A stretch of 64,000 nucleotides of DNA. Origin: Sminthopsis crassicaudata. Its lineage: Eukaryota. The notes below the pieces were generated by a model that was not told the origin of the DNA, ran no database searches, and worked only from the letters and a program-made list of their open reading frames with translations. The position numbers were made by a program, and so were the translations under genes. Of this stretch, positions 59,540 through 64,000 are shown in pieces. The DNA lies in contig NC_133618.1 of the NCBI RefSeq assembly GCF_048593235.1, positions 657,398,361-657,462,360 on the forward strand, read 5' to 3'. The number at the start of each line of letters is the position of its first letter. Positions within the stretch are counted from its first letter, which is position 1.

Positions 59540-60360
59540 TTTTTTTTTTAATTGTTTATTATTAAAGCTTTTTAATTTTCTTTTTTTTTTTTTTGGTTTG
59601 TTTTTGTTTTTATTATTATAGCTTTTTATTTACAAAACGTATGCATGGGTAATTTTTTAACATTGACCCTTGAAAACCTTTTGTTCCAACTTTTCTCCTC
59701 CTTTCCCCCACTCCCTCCCCTAGATAGCAGGTAGACCAATACATGTTAAATATGTTAAAGTATATGTTAAATGCAATATATGTATACATATTTATACAGT
59801 TATCTTGCTGCACAAGAAAAATCGGATTTAGAAAGTTAAAAAAAAAACACCTAAGAGAAACAAAAATGTGAAAGCTTTTTAATTTTCAAAAGATATGCAT
59901 GGATAATTTTTCAACATTAACCCTTGCAAAATCTTGTTTTACAATTTCCTCCCTTTCCCCCGCCCCTCTTAGATGGCAAGTTATCCAATACATGTTAAAT
60001 TCTAACATGTATTGGACTACCTGCCATCTAGGGAAGGGGGTGGAGTGAAAGAGGGGAAAAGTTGGAATAAAAGGTTTTGTAAGGGTCGATAGTGAAAAAA
60101 TTACCCATGCATATGTTTTGTAAATAAAAAGATATAATTATTATAAAGATTATGTAAAATTCAATACATGTATACATATTTTACAATTATTATGCCGCTC
60201 AAGAAAAATCAGATCAAAAAAGAAAGAAAAATGAGAAAGAAAACAAAATGCAAGCAAATAACAAAAGGAGTGAAAATGCTGTGTTGTGATCTCAGTTCCC
60301 ACAATCCTCTCTCTGGATATAGATTACTCTCTTCATCACAAGATCACTGGAACTGTAAAC
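59540..60360 (-). mobile_element. Compound of three L1 3' ends: an outer antisense copy, a nested antisense copy (59581-59870) and a nested sense copy (~60003-60140)
   Basis: 17-bp TSD aaagctttttaattttc at 59564-59580 and 59871-59887; inverted junction at 59985-60015. Confidence 0.85.
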
Positions 60361-60917
60361 TATTATATTTCAATGCAATTCTATCAGACAATTTTTTTTA
60401 ACAACTTAAGTTCTAAAAAAAATAACAAGCATTTATTTTATTTTTCTCCCAACTTCCTTGTACTTCAATTGAATAAAAAAGAAAGAGAAGGGGGGGAGGG
60501 AACTCTTACAACAAACAGTCACAGTTAAGCAAAGCAAATTTTTGCATTGGCCATGCTCCAAGATGTATGTTTCATTCTGCATCTTGGTGGGCAAATATTT
60601 ATTAAGGACCCACTCTGTGCAGAACTCTGCTAGGTGCTGGGAAAGAACTGAAGTTTAGATAAGCATTCATGGTCTAATAACTTTTGAGGTCTAGAAATAT
60701 TTGTCTATACCTATTTATATCCCAGTGGGCTTCCAGCAAGAAGTTGGGTGAGTGATTGTAAAGTCCAGCTCTCCTCTACCACCACAGAAAAACAGCATTT
60801 GTGCCAAATAAAACCTTTTAAAAGAACAGCAACAAAGAAAAAGAGGGGAAAAGGAAAGGAAGCTTTACAGGAATAACCACACAGGAAACCAAGAGAAAAA
60901 AGTTGAAGAAATGCATA

Positions 60918-60948
<31 letters not shown>

Positions 60949-61374
60949 GAATAACATAAAAATGCCGTGGGATTTTTTTAAGGGGGCAGAGATATCCCGT
61001 GTGCCCCCTAGTTCCTCTTCTTCCTTCCAGGCTACACTTCCCCAGTTCCTTCACATGGCACGGTTTCAAGTCTCCCCAGCCTGCAATAATTCTTTTCCTG
61101 ATGCTCTCCAACTTGTCTATGTCACTTCTGAAATAGTAGTGTCCAGAAATGTGCCAAGTGGTGGGACCATCGCTGTTCCATCACAGGGATGACTCACAGT
61201 CCATCCCAGGTCCTTTTCCTGTAAAGCCACGGCTGCCCCACCCTCTAATTGTACAGTATTGGCTTTTTGGTGTTAACCCAAATGCGGAACCTTGCAGCCA
61301 ACCAGATTCCCTTTCGTTGTTAGCTTCAGTTCATCTTCCCAGTGTGCCCTGAATTTTATGTTCAATGCAAGGAG

Positions 61375-61620
61375 TGGGGGAAGGGAATAAGCTTTATTAA
61401 ACATCTACTCCATAGCAGGCACTATGCTCACAATGCTTACAAATATCATCTTATTTGACCTTTGCAAAACTCTGCAGGATAGGTGCCATTGTTATCCCTA
61501 TTTTACACTGAGGAAACTGAGGTAGACGGAAGTCAAGTGACTTACTTGCCTTAAATCGCCCAGCTCGTGAGTGTCCGAAATCGGATTTGAAGTCGGGTCA
61601 TGTTGACGGCAGGCCCAAAT
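61375..61620 (-). mobile_element. MIR-family element, unusually CpG-rich in its head region
   Basis: tttattaaacatctact..cccta ttttacactgaggaaactgagg..ggatttgaagtcgggtc pattern. Confidence 0.7.
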
Positions 61621-61831
61621 CTGCTGGGCCACGATGCGAAATGGGAGTCATGTTTAATCCAGCCCAAGTCACAACCGGTAACTTGGGCTTGTCCAGACAC
61701 ATCCCACTAATATGAGGATGACCCGGAGGGGCCTGGGGAGCACCCCCAGATTGCCTTCTGTGTCCCTGACCACTCAGGTAGGGGTAGATTTTTGTGACTG
61801 GCTGCCTGTTCCTTTAAAATTAGTGAGATTG

Positions 61832-61973
61832 GGGCAGCTAGGTGGTACAAACAGCCCTGAAGTCAGGAGGACTTGAATTCAAATTCCGCCTCAGACATGA
61901 AACACGTCTTAGCTGTGTGACCCTGGGCAAGTCACTTAACCCTAATTGCCTCAGGGAAAAAAATTAAAAAAAA
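61832..61973 (+). mobile_element. WSINE1-type SINE with a short deletion in the A-box region
   Basis: ggggcagctaggtggtacaa[gap]acagccctgaagtcaggagg; TSD taaaattagtgagattg / taaaactagtgagattg (16/17) at 61815-61831 and 61974-61990. Confidence 0.9.
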
Positions 61974-64000
61974 TAAAACTAGTGAGATTGACCAGGTCAC
62001 TCTTTCCCATCATTCCTTTGGGCTTCTCCTGAAAAACATGATCTCCCTTAACCCAGAGCTCAGAACCTTCCTTTCCCTACTCCCTGTACCCAGCTTTGAG
62101 AAATAGGCCTGGAGAAACCTGTTTTTCTTTTTCTCAGTTTCAGGCGCCAGCAGCGATCCCTACCAGAATGGGAGTCGGTGCCATTGCAAAGACCTTGGAC
62201 TCAAGACTCCCGAAGGGATAGGGCAGCCAATCATTCCATTAGGGAAGCCCCAAGAAGCAGGGTGCCTGGGACTGGAGCCAGAGGGAGATTTAACACTTGG
62301 AACTGGGACAGTGCCCTACAGGAAGTGAGCTAATAAGCTATAAACCTGATTCCCCTTAGCCTTCCCTGAGACTTGCTGCAAAGGGAGAGAGAGAAATCAT
62401 GTCCCTTACCGATTGGAAGAGTAAATACAAATACTTGAGATTATGCTGTGGAAGTAAATATTTCTGTGTGAAAGCTCATTTGACTGAGTTGTGTGATTTG
62501 GCCAGAGTCACACATCGGGTTGGTGTCTGGGGCCTGATGGGAATTCAGGAAACAAATCTTCCAGAGCACTGTTTCTATCTTATTGCCATGTTGGGGAGAA
62601 CACAAATTAAGACATATATTATAATGTAGGAAGATCAGCTAATGCTACGCTTGAGGTTTTACCCTGTTTTTAATACTTTTCACATTGTTTTAATGTTACG
62701 AATGTGATATTCATTTGGGTTTAAAGTCCTAAGATCTTGATTATTTATCATCTTATCGATGACTTGAATAAAATATTACAATGCATCTTTATCAAACGGG
62801 GGAAAACAGTTAATCTGATTGTTAGTGGTCCAGTAGGGTGCAAGGGACCTTCCTCCCTACAATTAAGGGAACAGTATCAAGGGAAGTTGGAGCCATTTGC
62901 AGAGTCTAGATACAACTCAAAAAATCCCTTTAAGGATACTGAAGAACCCTAAGAGAGTGGTGAAATCTAACTGTACTGGCCTTCAGGCAGGAGGCATCAA
63001 GGGGGTCTGTGTTACAAACTCCTCAGGGAGTTGTCTGAGGCTCTAGTCCAAAGCAGCATTTGAACCCAAGCCGCCCTGGCTTCCTACACTCTACCCCACT
63101 AAGCCACTCAAATGTATCCTTATCAGTGGAATAGCGCCCATCTCAATGCACCCACACTCTCCCATCCTACATGACTCTTGTGTCCTCACTCCTGGGGATG
63201 GTCCATCCAACGTCTTAGCTTTCTCCAGATATCCTGAGGATATCAACAGAACCTTCTTAACTCTTACTCTCATCACTAGATCAACCCACTTTCCTTTGGG
63301 TCCTCCATTTACTGATGACAAATTAACTCGAGTTCTTCAAAGGTCCTATTTTTCAGATGCCTGCCCACCACAGGCCTATTCCTCCATTATTCCCTGTGCA
63401 TGAAACTCATCTTAAACTCTCTGGAGGCCACCGGTTTCATAATCTGTGGCTTTAGCATGCTGGTATTTCCTGGGAGAGGTTTGGGGTCATAAAAGCAGCT
63501 TTGCAGTTTCCCAAGACAACTAGTTCCTGTGCTGGTTTAATGGATAGGATACTAGATTTGAGAGTTGGCAAGATGGAAGTTCCAATCTCCTTCTGACACA
63601 CACTGGCTGCGGTCATTTAAGCTCTCTGTGTCTCAAGACTATTCCCCAGGATTTAACGACCAAGTCACAGATAAGTACTCCACACTGGGAATTTCCCACC
63701 ATTACTGAAATCATCTGGTATGTAACTATGTAATATATGTGGACTAATGGTGGTAGTATTAATCCAAGTTCTGAGTTCTGGGAGGAAGATGAAGAGGAAG
63801 GAGGAGAAATTAGTGTAACTGTACCTCCTTTTCAGCATCCTCCCTAGATCCTTTTAAGATATACAATTCCCTGTACTTCCCCAAGGCTTCCCGCAAATAG
63901 CCATACCCATCCAGGCCTGGCCTATCTCCCCCAAATTCTTCATGCTTCCTCCCCTGTCTCTTGATGCAGCCACATCAGTGGTATATTAATGTGATGGAAC

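Noticed and set aside
15761-63696. Isolated kappaB sites (13921, 15761, 63687) and C/EBP-ATF TTTGCATCA sites (15834, 55093)
   Set aside because: Degenerate 9-10-mers are expected several times by chance in 64 kb on two strands; no enrichment can be claimed.

Overview
Mammalian genomic DNA, almost certainly marsupial and probably dasyurid (Tasmanian devil-like), inferred from WSINE1-, MAR1- and WALLSI-type SINEs and marsupial L1 3' ends. There is one 166-nt assembly gap. Two protein-coding genes lie on the + strand. The first is the end of MICU1: the last two coding exons (14-103, 2362-2519) plus the 3'UTR. The second is a complete DNAJB12: CpG-island promoter at ~23.3-25.2 kb, 8 coding exons from 24398 to 35860 giving 374 aa, a 3'UTR intron, and a terminal exon from 36894 to ~38820. 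Between the genes is an AT-rich block full of nested L1, SINE and LTR insertions, several with readable target-site duplications (TSDs). A second CpG island with no recognisable gene (~38.95-41.15 kb) starts just after the DNAJB12 poly(A) site. The remaining ~23 kb is repeat-rich and non-coding; by human synteny DDIT4 should lie beyond the right edge (inference). The most interesting signal is a compact regulatory arrangement at the DNAJB12 3' end. An alternative donor inside exon 8 swaps the luminal C-terminus (VQASLHG to TMKYLENFR) and moves the stop codon to immediately before a perfect miR-148/152 site. Other notable observations are a CRE where the human long isoform has its upstream ATG, paired ZNF143-type motifs, a ~390-bp local duplication and an L1-into-L1 fold-back hairpin. 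No prokaryote-type systems, RNA genes or CRISPR arrays were seen. Comparisons with human sequences and repeat family names come from memory, not from a search.
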